A DNA stretch of 64,000 nucleotides from positions 12,261,263 to 12,325,262 of the forward strand of contig NC_134028.1 in assembly GCF_964204645.1 (NCBI RefSeq). The letters run 5' to 3'. Position 1 is the first letter of the stretch; every line of letters begins with the position of its first letter. This DNA comes from Tubulanus polymorphus. Its lineage: Eukaryota > Animalia > Nemertea. A program made the translations under genes and the position numbers. The notes under the pieces are model-generated. The model was not told the origin of the DNA. It did no database searches and saw nothing but the letters and a program-made list of their open reading frames with translations. Shown piece by piece: positions 23,600 through 36,461 of the stretch.

Positions 23600-25390
23600 A
23601 GCATTTGTTGAGCCGGGTGCGTCCGGAAACCCCTCTGAGACAGGAGGAATGGAAATTGCGGCAGGGACCTGGGATTGTCAACCAGGAGGTTGAGAAGACA
23701 ACTGAACCACGCCTGAGCTGGCCAGCAAGGCGCAATCACAAGGCGCAATCAGAACTATCAGACAGGAGGCCAGCTCTACCTGGTCGAGGACTGCTGATAA
23801 GACTTGAATCGGGGGTACGCATACGCGAGGATCCCGTCCCAGTGAAACGAGAACGCGTCTAGCTTCCACGCCATCTGGTCTGGAAACGGAGACAACACCA
23901 GCAGAAACCTCTTGTTGAACCTTGTGGGGAAAAGATCTATCAATGGATTGCCTCCCAGGGACCCACTCGAACTGCCACCTCTGGGAGAAGCGACCATTCC
24001 ATAGAAATGGCTGCATCCTGACGCGAGAGGGCATGGGTTGACAATGTTCCTCTTGCCCGCAAAGTGAACCACAGACAGGTGAATCCCTCGGGCCTGACAC
24101 CAGAGGAGAATCTCCGTTGTAAGGTCAGTAAGCATAACTGATCTGGTGCCTCCCTGGTTCTGAAGATAGGCCCTGCCCACCTGATTGTCGGTGGCTAACC
24201 ACACGTGTCTGTCTATCAACCTCCTTCGAAAGAACCCAAGAACCTTGCGGACCACCAACAGCTCTAAATGGTAGATAAGCCCCTCTTGATGAGACCATCC
24301 CCCGCCCTTCTGCGAACTCTCCAGATGGGTGCCCCAACCGGCGTGACGTCGGTAAACAACCGGAGGAGAGCTCGGAGAGGAGCCAGAGATGTACCAATCC
24401 AGAGGTTGCGAAGAGACATCCACCAACTTAGTCCTGGAACCAGAGCGGGAGGAGGAAGCAGAAGGAAAATCTCCCAATCTCCTTTCGATCATAGCCAGCA
24501 GGCCTTTCAGAAACGTTGAAATGGCTGGCTGTGGAGACGACCCAGTGGAATCACCAGGGACATGGAGCTCATTTGTCTGAGGGCTCGGGACCAGTACCAC
24601 GCTTACCGAGGAGAGCTTGACAGGCCAGATACAGCTTCCCGGAGCTTGTCTACCCTGGCTTGGGTGGGATATACACAACCCTTGCGAAGGTCGAATTCCA
24701 TGCCCAGATGAAATTCTGCGACGAGTGTAAATGAGACTTCTCAAGATTTATCCTTAAGCCCAAGTCCCGCACCAGGTCGAGCACCAAGTTGATGGACGCC
24801 TGACATTCGTCCTGAGAGTTGCCCACAATTAACCACCAGATAACGTCCAGATACACGAAAATCTTCACCCCTTTTTTCTGAAGATATCGCTGAACCGGCT
24901 TGACTAGCTTGGTGAACACCCAGGGCGCCGAGCTTAGAACGAGAGGGAAAGCCGAGAACTGGTATTGGCGACCCTTCCACTTGACCTAGAGGTAGCGACG
25001 CGACTTGGGGTGAATCCGCACCCGGAAGTATGCATCCTTCAAATCAATTGATGCCGCCCATTGACCGGGGCGGAGCGCTTGAACTACCTGCTGCAGCGTG
25101 GTCATGCGAAACTTCGGCACCCTGAGATTTTTTTGAGAAGGGACAGGTCTATCACAGTGCGTAGGCCTCCTGAATCCAGCCCGGAGAGGACTTGTTTTGA
25201 ACCAGCTTAAGAGCCCCCATCTGAAGCAACTCCTCGATTGCCGGGGGAAAATGTGACTCTTGGCCTCTCTTGGGTCGCATGTCAGGTGAGGCTTTGATTC
25301 GAAGTGGAGATGGAAACCTTTCGAGACTACTCTTGTGGCCCATCGGTCTCCAAACACATGGGTTCAGTGGTAGGCTGCCATTTGGAGACA
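23600..25390 (-). pseudogene. DIRS RT / RNase H / methyltransferase-like region (frameshifted)
   Basis: ORFs 24986..25357, 24650..24919 and 23776..24744 contain the RT, RH and MT-like motifs. Confidence 0.85.
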
Positions 25391-28300
25391 ACCGCCCACT
25401 GGCCCGAGACCCTCAATGCTGCGATTTCTGAAAGGGTTTGGCAGAGACTTCCCCCTACCCTTACCCTTGAAGGACCTGCCTCTCCATCAGTTACCCGCCC
25501 AAGAACCAGGGTGGCTACCGCACTAGCAGTCTGCACAGGCTTCCTCCGAATCTAGAAAGGTCGATTAGACTTCGCCTGCGAATCCTAGATTTTTTGTATT
25601 TTTTGGCTGCCACTGGAGCACACCAGCCCAAAACAGGCGATTGGAGTGACCCAGCGGGGCCCGGAACAGAGAATCTTTGGTCACCTCTGGGAGCTTAGAG
25701 CCAAAATCCTTTATCAATGAGGTCCTTGCTGCCAGAATCATGTTAGCATGAGCCCTGACGGCAAGAAGAGTGGCATGTGTAGCTAACCGTCCCAGAGACT
25801 GGATAAGCCTATCCATACCAGCCAGGGCAGACAACCTCTGAGGGATCCGTCGTCTCTGTTTCCAGTAGGGACTGAACCTCCCTGAGCTCACCAATCAGTG
25901 ACAGCAGGCCATATCCTGGCAATTCCTGATTCGTGCGATATTCTCCAGGAATGACGAGGAAGAGACCACCCCGCCTTAGGCATTTGAATGTTAAGGACGG
26001 GAGCGACCGATGATGCGGACAAAATTGACCTAACATCCGCGTCGACCAAGCCATGCAATCGTTCAGTTGACCCGGCGTACTATAATACGATGCTCTGAAA
26101 CCGGGAATCGGCGGCTCAGTGAAAGAAATATTTTCCCTGCTTGAGCCTGGACTCCAGCCACGATAGGCAAACTCAGTCGGCTGATCCTGACCCCACAAGT
26201 GTCTATCGATCCGAGTCCACTCTGCAGAGGACTCGCGAAGAGCATGAGAGTCCCGTGCGGAGGCAGCATATGAGGCCATACACTCTGCTGGATCAACAGA
26301 CTTAAGAGGCACAGTGGCGCCTTGCTTGCGGAAAACCTATTGCATGAGAGTGCCAAAAGGCCTATCCACCGGCGCCGAACAGTCAAAAGTGGTGGCGGCC
26401 GATCCCAAAGGGCTGGGTGGTTGGTCGAACATTACTGACGAACGGGGATCGGTCACACCCGATGGGATCGGAGGTGAGACTTCCTAGATCCCGAACGCGT
26501 GCCAGGACCTACCTAGGAATACTCGTCAAAATCCTTGGGATCATGGACCGTGAGGGGAACATTCTCAGGACAGGAGTGCTCAGACTCGGACGACGTTGGC
26601 CTCGAGTTCCTGTCGGGCCGATATGGCCCTTTACCGATTCCAATAGACTTGTACATCTCACCTGAAAAGCCGTATAATCCTCAGCGGAAACGAAATCGAA
26701 GTGGAGGCCGCTGGCTCAGGGGATGAAGACCTCCTGCAACGACTCCTGTAAAATCGTCAAAGACGCTCTCGGCTCCTCCTCGAAGATCAGGACCTGAGGA
26801 GTTGGACCGGGAGTGTGCCCTTCTTCGATAACGGTCATACGTTTTCCTACTTGATGAGGTCAAACCCGACAGCGAAGGGGAACATCTCCTCCGCTCCGCT
26901 CCAGGGGAGTGACGCACTGGCGAGCGGGCTCGCGGAAAAAATACGTGACTTCAGTTTCCCTGTGGAGGCTGAAAATCCTGGACCAGTCGAGTGACTAGAA
27001 ACGAGCTCTGATTCAGGTCTTTCTGAAATTCCGATTCCAGACGATTCGTGGTTTTTAATAGGCACAGCCGCGGAACCCGGGCCTGGATGAGAATGGGAAG
27101 CCTTCCGAAACACGGAAGTTTTTATCCAGTGCTGCCTCGTATAGGCCAGACCAGAACCCAGTGGAAGGTTCGAACTGGAACGGGACAGGCTGAATTCCTA
27201 TGGACGAAACGGAGCAGAATCGGGAACTGGTTCGGACCGAGGTTTAATGGCCTGTTGGAACACTGTCTCAACCGGATTGACTTTCTTAGCCCTCTAGCTG
27301 CACCGAACATTCGGTCAAGGGCTCCCGCGAAGGAACACTGGCCTGCATCCCTGGAGGTCGAACAGCGCCAGTAAGAGAGGAGGTACCAGATGATTCATAA
27401 ACCCGAGCTCTAGAATCCGACATATCTATTGGTTGCTGAAAAGAAAGCAAAAACGACTCGCGATTCATCTTAAATTAATTATTAAAAATAATTAATTAAT
27501 AATTTGAAAAAAACTTAATCTTAAATTAACATTCAGAAAAAAATGTAATTAATGATTCCTAATTAATATTTCCTTAATCAAACCCTATTAGGCCTAAATG
27601 CGGTTGAAGGATGGGCTCGGACTACTCGCTAATCGAGAAGTCCCGACTGAACGAAAGGAAAACGAAACACGTGGACGGAGACTGATGCCACTGCGGTGAG
27701 AAAATCCGATCGTATTTATAGATGCATCTGAATGGTAAGACTTATTGGAACGAACTTATGCTAGAGAGATGCTAGCTTGGTCCAGGACCAACAAAACTAC
27801 CAGTCGGCTTGAACACGAACCCAGAATAATGTCTAAGTGGTAGCTCCCATGGAAAAAAATGCACCAAAAATGGCAACGCTAAGGAAGAAATTGAGTCACG
27901 TGGCAGCGCCACCGTACGGTACTGGGTATTCCAAATAAATTGCCCATGGGCAAAGTGTGGTTTACCTTGAAAACTAGAGGTTGTTTGGAGTAGGGCATTG
28001 CTTGAAAATCTTTTAAATCTGTGACTTCAAAGTTCTAGAAGTTTAAATTATATATTACTTTCGTATACTTCCCTGCCTGACATGTGCCTTTTCCTACAAT
28101 TATGGAAAACCATCCGTCACCCAATTTTTAACTTAACCAGCACCTATCCACCCTCTCAATAGACTGTCCCATTCAATTTCCTGATGCCATTTTTTGTTGG
28201 CGCGTGGTTCGGAGTTTGGCTCCGAGTCTAAAAAGATTTCATCTGTCGAAGAGGAATTTACACACCCTGGGCGAGAACGTTTAAATTTTAACTAGGGGCG

Positions 28301-30965
28301 GTTTAGCCTAGCGTTAAATTTTTTCCCCAACCGGCGTCTCGGACTCGCCACGGCTGTTTAGCCGACTTCCCGTTCCGCGACACGCCGTCGTCGCTAACGT
28401 AAATTGGACCGCTAACGGCGTTAGTTTTTTTTAAACTTTTCTAAAAACTTTTCTAATCGACAGGGGTCTTTTAAACGTTTTTACGGACCTCCGGTGCGTG
28501 GCCTAACGCTATCGTTCGTCCGGGTGTTCCTATTTTGCTTTTTGTGAGCTTGTTTACCATATCGCAAATTTCTTCGGATACGGTCCCTTAGTTGTTATTC
28601 ACCGGCTCGCGGTAGCGCGTCGGAAATTCGTCGTTGCCTAAGCTCCCCATCAGAGTGTTGAGGGAGTGTCTCAACATTTCATTTAATTTTCAGTAAGTAT
28701 TCTCAGACCCATCATGTTTTTTCGTCTGTGGACCCTTATGATTTGTTTTTCGGTGTGGCACTCGGGGGCCATTTCGTCGGCGCTCTACGGCCCTCCCCCG
28801 AGTTCCTCATCACCTTTAACATACAACCCAAACCATAAGGTTGTCAATGTAATTTTGATGGTATCATGTTCTCTCTCTCTTTTTGTATTTGTTATTTTCA
28901 GCGTGGCTTCCGGTCAGGACTAACCAAACGGACTAGATCATCGGAACAGACCTCCGGACGGGACGATCCGGTCGAGTCAGCTGGAGTGTGATTACGACGT
29001 TGGAGCGTGAGAGCCGGTCTCACTCCCGGACGGTCGACCACTCAAGGTTGAAGACGTTACCTTCGGAGGCGGTATCCCGGGTTCCCGGCACACGAAGCCG
29101 GTCCCGCTCGTTTGACCAGCCCTCGCGGAGTCAGTCTCGGTCCCCGAAAACGGAAGGGGGTTTCCGGACGGTGGATAGAGACGGTGGTAGTCTCGGGCCC
29201 CTGACGTTCCCAACCAGTTTCGGTCCCCGGACCGGTCATACCGCCCGTCAGATTATCGGAATTTGGAATCGGACCTTCTGATGCTGGGTTTCGCTCGCGG
29301 GATTTTCAGGGCCGTTCCAGACCTCTGGACCGAAGCAAGACTGGTGAGGAGTTAAACGTTTTTTCCTTATCAGACCGGAGGCGAGCCGAGGAAAGCTCTG
29401 TTAGAAGGATACCGAGCCACTGGGAGAGGCCATCAGCAGCCCTAGGGGCTCCCCCGAGGTACAGAGATTCGGCAGCGGACTCATCCTACTCCCCACCGAG
29501 GGGATATACCTACTCGGCGACTAGCGTGAGGCGCTATCATTGTGACCCCGATATCGAGAGGATTTATGCGGATTACGAACAGTATAATCACCTCCTAGCG
29601 AATCCCTATACTCGTCTCGGGAGTTTATTGCTCAACTGAGGGACGAGAAGTTAAGCCGGTTTGAAGAAGCGTTAGACGCTCGCTTGGCTGAGTGGGCTCC
29701 CCCATCCTCTTTGAAACGCCGCCGTCGTGTTTTATCTCCCGAATTGGTCTCAGAGGAGGGTAGCTGGTCCGATCATCCCGATGAGCAGCCTCACCCTCAT
29801 GAACATGCTTCTCGTAGTTGTTCCCGCCCAGGGGCTACATCAACGGTTTCTGGGGGGAGGATGAATTGGTGGCAAGCGATTCGATGAAGGAGTTCGACTC
29901 AGACTCGTCATCGGCATCCCATCCCAACCCGAAGCGTCGTTCAGTTGAGGAACCGAGATTCCTTCCGCCGCCCCCAACCGCCGCCGTACGGGATCCCCCT
30001 CAGGCATCCTCACAGCCCCGCCACAGGCTCGAGGGGTAGCACAGGAGGTGTTAGAATTGCCTGTGGATCTTCCGGAAGAAGAAGCCCAGACTCCTCAGGA
30101 CATCCAGTTCAGGACCATGATTCAGGATGTATTTAGCCGCCAAGGGTGCACCAAGGAACGGGTGCGTAAAGCGACGGGTTATCGGAATCTTACCGTTTTT
30201 CGAACCCGATCAGTCTGAGGTGTCTCAGGTTCTAAGAGAGAGCGGCTGCCTGACGGAGGAGTGGCGTCAGTTGGACACCAGCCTCTGGGGTCAAGCTCGT
30301 CCAGTTGTCTTTGTGTTTCCGCCCCTGGAAAACGGGCTCAAACCAACTCAAACCGTTTAACGTAACAGAACCAACGATAACTGGTTATATGGCCAGGAAC
30401 TACGCCGTTCCCGATGGGATTGACCGATCTCACAGTGTTCTGGATAATGATTGTTCGGAGGTTCATATTTCGGCTGCCACTGCATCCAAGGATTTATCAT
30501 TACCCAGATCGTACGCACAGACTTGCACAAATCTGGCGTCGTCTGCGGCTCAGGTCCTCAGCTTCCAGGATTTAGCGATACGTTCCTTGGGAGGCACGGG
30601 AACGCTTAGCAGGTATAAAAGATTCTGCAGTGGCCAGTGTGTCAGAAAGTCTTTTGGCCGCAGAACGGATTAGACTATTTCTTCTGAATTCATCGGAAGG
30701 ATCGCGGAGTCTGCCGTCAGAGGTGTCGAATGTGCTCTTACGGGCACCTCTCGGGGCTTCTACCCCCTCGCAAGAGGAGAAGATCTTGGGGTTCCGCTCC
30801 GTCGCAGCCTTGGTTTCAGATATCACAGTCCTCCGGTAGCTGGACTGGGTTGCCACCGACTACACCCCAGACGAGTTGGGCTCCCCGCCAGGCTGGTTGG
30901 CAGGGACGGGGGAGTTTTCAAAGGGGTGGCAGGAAACGCCCCAGGGTCAGAGGCGCTAAAAGACA

Positions 30966-32150
30966 ATGAACCTCTGCGACCAGTGATGGCTGCTTGAGGG
31001 ACTTGGCCACCCACTGGTTCGCTCGTTTTGGAAACTGCTGGGTCGCGCGCAAGATCTGGCAGGGTTTCCGCCTGCAGTTTCTACGAAGTCCCCCTCAGCA
31101 GTGGACCACCCGAACATGCGTCCAAAGCAGGGTCAGGCATCTCATATCGACCCAGCGTTGGACGAATTACTAGAGAAGGGAGCGATTACGGGTGAAGTGA
31201 CGAGACAAAGTGTACCAGTTCTGCGCTCTCCCGTTCGGACTCAGTTCGGCTTCATGTCTCTTTACGAAGCTCGTCAAACCAGTACAGCGGGCATTGGCAA
31301 GAGAGGGTGTGAGGATCTTCGTGTATCTCGACGATTGGCTCATTGCCGGGGATTCAGGGGATTCGGGGATTTACATACCTGTTCACAGATGCCAGTTCAT
31401 AAGGTTGGGGAGCTCATGTGGAAGGGCCCGGAGAGGACTTCATATAAATATACTCGAGATGCTGGCGGTGCAGAAAGCCCTCAGGTTCTTCGCAGTCGAC
31501 TCGTAGGTCGTCATGTCTTGTTGGCGACGGACAACGCTACAGTACTTGCCTACCTGAAGAATCAGGGGGGCGCGAGGTCGTGGAATCTGTCTCAGTTGGC
31601 CAAGGAGAATCTTCTATGGTGTCAGTCGAGGGCAATTCAGTTGTCAGTGTCGCACCTGGCAGGGAAGCTGAATGTGCTCGCGGACGTATTGTCACGGCAG
31701 GGAGAGCGATTCCGGCCGAATGGTCTCTGAATCAGGAAGTGGCAGATCGGGTCCGAGCGTTGATCGGTTTACCGCTCGTAGATCTTTTCGCGACAAGATT
31801 CAACCGGAAGTGTCCAGAGTTTGTATCTCCATTCCCCGATCAGCTTGCTTGGGGAGAGGACGCGCTCTCGTTTGCATGGGACGGGTTAGCGGCGTATGCC
31901 TTCCCTCCAACTCCCTTGATCAACAAAGTATTGGATCAGGTAGTCAGCAGACAATTGCGCATTGGTCCTCGTGGCACCTTGTTGGCCATCCCAGACGTGG
32001 TTTCCACGGCTGTTAGGTCTCCTGTGCGATCATCCGAGGGCTCTGCCAAATTTCCCCTCGTTCCTCACGCAGAGGGGGTTCGGGAGGCACCCGAGTCAGG
32101 AGTGGTTACAGCTTCACGCGTGGCCATTATCCAGCGATCCCTGCAGGTTT
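30966..32150 (+). pseudogene. DIRS RT / RNase H / MT-like region with deletions
   Basis: ELLEKGAI is joined almost directly to YQFCALPFGL (the DLKDAY segment is missing); YLDDWLI; HINILEM; TDNATVLAYLKNQGG; LAGKLNVLADVLSR; DLFATRFN. Confidence 0.85.
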
Positions 32151-33110
32151 GGCGGTTTTTCAGAGCAAGCTGCCGGTCTCATTGCCGAGTAGTAAACGGA
32201 AGATCGATCCTAGCTTTCCCACTGTAACGGAAGTCGCGGAATTTGTCCTGTTTTTGTTCAACCACTTACGTTTGGTGGTGGTGACGATAAAAGGATATCG
32301 GTCAGCGATTGCGCATACTTTAAGATCAGCTGGTATTTCTGATTTCACGGTAGATTTAAGAATATCGAAACTTATTTCCTGGTTGGGGGTAGCTAGGCCG
32401 CGGGTGCCTCGCGACTCCCCGCCGTGGGATTTGTCGAGAGTTGAGATATTTGATGGGGAACCGTTTGAGCCTCTGGCTGAGGCGTCTTGGTCAGATTTGA
32501 CTAAGAAGACTTCATTTTTGCTGTTACTAGCGATGGCGGCTAGGAGGTCTGAATTGCACGCCTTGACTGTGAAGCCGGGTCATATTATTTTCAGTCCAGG
32601 TTTTAGGTCGGTTCAGTTACGCCCATTTCTGTCGTTTCTGGCTAAGAATCAGAAGCCGGGAGCTGCAGGGCGGATATGGAATATCGAGGGTATTACTCAT
32701 CGGGTATCTCGAGATTTACCTCACAGGACTCTTAGTCCTGTGAGGGCTCCTCGGTTTTATATAGATCGGGCTGAGTCCAGGAGAAGAGGGAGGTCTCGCC
32801 TTTTTATTCCGATTGCGGAGAGGTCTAAGGGGGAGACTCAAAGGATTCTATTGCGAGGTGGATTTCGTGTCTCATCAAGGAGGCTTTAGCTGTTGATGGC
32901 CAGGTGGCTACACGGGTGTCGTCGCATCAAGTGAGGGCGATGGCTACGTCATGGGCAGCTTTTGTGGGGGCTTTGTTGGAGATCTGTCAAGGGGCTTTTT
33001 GGACTTCAAATTTGACCTTTGCGTCTTTTTACCTCAGGAATTTATCAGGCCAGTTACGGTCTCTGGCGACTTTGGGCCCGGTGGTAGCAGCACAAGCACT
33101 AAGGAATGAC
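32149..33110 (+). pseudogene. DIRS tyrosine recombinase (frameshifted)
   Basis: TIKGYRSAI..PWDL..LAMAARRSELHAL..FLAKNQ..HQVRAMATSWA..W.S..TFASFY. Confidence 0.9.
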
Positions 33111-33737
33111 TGGATTCCCTTCCGGAAGAATCGGACTATGGAGTACGTGGATCCGTTTACTCCAGACGCCGGGGACATTAGCGATTCCTAGTGGCCTTAT
33201 GTCCAGTTGACTCTTAGCGGATTGGACATTTGGGTTATTTAGTTTCGGAGGAAAGGAGTCAGGTTACAGTTGGATGAAACTTTTAGTTGCCATTTTTTGC
33301 TTGTTTTATTCGATCCGGATTGTCTATTAGAGTGGACCGGATTTGATTCCTTTTGAGGTATTAGGGGTTTTTTTGATAAAGTTGACTAGTTTCTTGTATG
33401 AGTCCTTGATCCTATGTGTGGCTGTTCGGACTGGCTTTTTTCCTCTGGAGTGTATAATATATGTATGTAAATATGTTGCGTTTTCCGAGGACGTCGGCCA
33501 GGGGAAAACTTTTTTCTTTTCAATTTAAAGTTTTTTCCAGGTATTTGTTATGTCCGTGGAATGCTGGGTATAGCGGGAGCCTAATGTTTTTTCGTTCTCA
33601 CCTGGTTGTTCTGTTTCCTCTGATATAGCGAGGATGAAATACGCATGGTGTTTTTTAATTTAATTTAATTTAATTTTGTACAATTTTTAACTCAGTACAA
33701 AAAATCGTCGCCCTCCGCCTAGTGCTTTGGTATTCTA

Positions 33738-33828
33738 GGCACATGTCAGGCAGGGAAGTATACGAAAGTAATATTCAAATTTTTATATTTAAAATTTATG
33801 TTAATGAGGATACTTACCTGCCTGACAT
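33738..33828 (+). repeat. DIRS internal complementary region (ICR)
   Basis: 33738-33774 is the reverse complement of 28052-28088; 33774-33828 approximates the reverse complement of 33986-34043. Confidence 0.9.
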
Positions 33829-34860
33829 CGGAGTCCCTCCCTGTCTACCCCGCCTCCGATTTTTTGTGAAGTGCGTGGGTGTGAGCAGGAAATTGAATGG
33901 GACAGTCTATTGAGAGGGTGGATAGGTGCTGGTAAAGTTAAAAATTGGGTGACGGATGGTTTTCCATAATTGTAGGAAAAGGCACATGTCAAGCAGGTTA
34001 GTATCCTCAGTAATATAGATTTTAAATAATATAAAAATTTGAACTTTATCTTTCTTAAAAAATTATTTTGTAGACAAATAAGAACAAAGATAAACAGGGT
34101 ATAGGTAGGTGCAGCAGGGAAACTTTTTTATATTTTCAAAAAAATATTTTTTATAATATGAAAAAATATTCAAATAAAATTCATATGATGTCACATATCA
34201 GAGAGCACATATTGAGTCTTGGAAACCAAACCTCTTCCAATTTATGGCCGCGGAAGCTAAAACACCGGGGCGTAGTATTAGATCGTTTTAAATCCTGGAA
34301 TTTACCACTTCAATATTCAAACCTTGACCTATATCTATAGTTTGCTGCTTAGTATTTTCCGGTCACCAGAAGTTACAATTAATTACGAAGTCTATCAAAC
34401 AGAAAACACAGCACTCATCTTCTGCTACGACGATTATTCACCCTGTTGTTATCATACCAAAGTGCACGCACCAAGCCGCGTTACAGAATCACCATGTACT
34501 AGTCTGTATGAGCGTGTGTTTGTGTGTGCAACAGTCTAATGTTTAGCACTCCCGCACACGTGGAGGCCTTGTGTAGTGAACGTTCGCTTCACTTCAATCT
34601 CAATCAACACAATCACCGGGTACTAAGATGAAACAATACCTATATGTGGCGACATGTGAAATAATTACATTCTCACCAGCAATGAGCATTTAAAATTCGC
34701 ACCTAGTCCAATGAAACGTTCGCCATTAATGGCTTTCCCATAATTATTTGAGTAGCGCCGGAATTCCCCATATATCCCAAAAACAGCCAATCACATTCGC
34801 TTGTAGAGACGACGCCCCCCAAATCGAGGTCATTGCAATTGTAACAATTTTATGGGTAGG

Positions 34861-35557
34861 TAGGTGTTCTCGCTGAGGGGTTTTCGCACGGCGGCCCATC
34901 ATGCTACAGCACTTTCCCACCACGCAAATAAAAGATACGCCATGCTTAAAAAAATTCTGACATGCTTAGAAAAATGATCGGGAGTTTATTTACTTGCTCA
35001 TTTTATAACAGGTGCATCAATTATTGTATAGTTTCGGTGGTAGGGCCTATATATATCCAGGTATTTCCCCGTGCGTTAAAAATAAAAGAAATCAATGCCA
35101 ATAAAGGTCACACCACTGCACTCAGCGCGCGCTGAATACATGGACCAGTGCATCTGTTTTTCTAAGTCTCCTATCGAGACGAAAAATTTCATCATCATAA
35201 CTTATCAAAGTCACCAAATATTTTGCAAATCGAAATTAATAAATGCTTCCTCTAGGCTGTTAATGATAAAATTAAATTATATTAAAAGACATGAGAACAT
35301 GGAACTATTTAATGCGCGTAAGCCTACCAATATACCGCAGAAAAGTGCCTAGAACAAACTACTGACGATCGCTGCTACATGAAAATAACCGCATTTCAAC
35401 TAGTTAATTATGGCCCCCAAATGCTGGGAAAACGTATCTAAGCACCTTTAGATATAAAATTTTTCCCCGTTTTTCCCTGGACCCCCGTTCCAGCTATGGG
35501 CTCGCACCTTCGGCACTCATGCCGCCATGCTTTAATTTCAAACCAGCGAGAACACTG
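34861..35557. mobile_element. hAT-derived MITE related to the 59094 element
   Basis: GTGTTCTCGCTG ... CAGCGAGAACACTG TIRs; shares the subterminal motif tcgcaccttcgg with 63713-63724; flanks GTAGG/GTAGT. Confidence 0.65.
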
Positions 35558-36461
35558 GTAGTGAATATCATTTTCTTTTAAATTTTCTCTTTATTACTTT
35601 TTTTCTGGGTGTTCAGCAAAACATCAAATAAGTATGTCCAGAGAGTCCAAAAGCATGTACAGTACACTGTCAGTACCATCATATTGTTGTTGGTTGCAAT
35701 CACGATATGATTGATACGATATCATTTGGTAAAAGAAATTGAAATAATGATATAAAATTCAAACTTTACTAAATTAATCGTTATTTTGGGAACAAGCTCG
35801 ATTCCTCTTTCTCTTTGTTGCCAGTTTGTATTATTATGTTCTTCATTCTTATAATATCCTCTAAATCCATAAAAACATAGCCTAAAATCATTGAGACTAA
35901 ACTCCTGTCAAACGTCTGTCGACAGCCACTATTGTACATCGAGCCACCATTGTACATCACACTAATTACAGCCGATAACAGATGCGGCAAAAAGGGAGGT
36001 CGTTTTTACAAATATTTTCTATTTCAATTTGTTTTTTTTTTCATTACGACCAAATAAATAAAGCAGAATCTTGAACTGATACCTAAATAAATTATCTTAA
36101 ATCGGGTAATTGCAAAAATATTCCACACTGCAAGCATCGATATTGATATTTTTACAGCAGTGTGTGCTGTTGTATAGTAAGGCGCGTGAGACGAGCAGTG
36201 TATAGGTTGTTGCTTCGGTGACAGCCAGCTCATCAATATATTGTACTGTACTGCACTGCATGCTTGTGGGAAGCGCAGCTACGTGTATACGTCAGTTCAC
36301 ACTAGCGGTGTGTAAAAACAAAACGCTTAGCGCGTCAACGAGTGGAAATTTCTACGATGTTTTTTAATCGACGAAGTCACATATAATGATAACCTCGACA
36401 TGAACATAAAAAGTTTTGTCGGCCCCTTTGTGATCGGGTCAGTCAGGGGACCAGAAACATA

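Larger units (their letters stand above)
22560..27900 (-). mobile_element. DIRS1-like tyrosine-recombinase retrotransposon, degenerate, termini not recognisable
   Basis: Minus-strand order: gag-like (27423-~25400), RT (DLKDAY, FTKLVKP..FVYLD), RNase H (HLELL..TDN..AYLQNQGG), MT-like (DLFPTRFN, YAYP), YR (LAMSARRSEIHAL, HQVCS..SWA, W.S..TF..FHL). Many frameshifts. Confidence 0.9.
28052..34043 (+). mobile_element. DIRS1-like retrotransposon with complete ITR/ICR ends and internally deleted RT
   Basis: Left ITR 28052-28183 is inverted at 33886-33990, with a right extension to 34043. ICR 33738-33828 is complementary to both outer ends. Gag-like, RT (YQFCALPFGL, YLDD), RH, MT (DLFATRFN, YAFPP) and YR remnants. 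No TSD. Confidence 0.93.
27933..34840 (-). mobile_element. HINE family A copy split by the plus-strand DIRS element
   Basis: 27933-28050 (palindrome end) and 34044-34840 join into the family A consensus. Confidence 0.85.

Noticed and set aside
27600-27932. ITR for the minus-strand DIRS
   Set aside because: No inverted partner or ICR found; the other end of the element is deleted.
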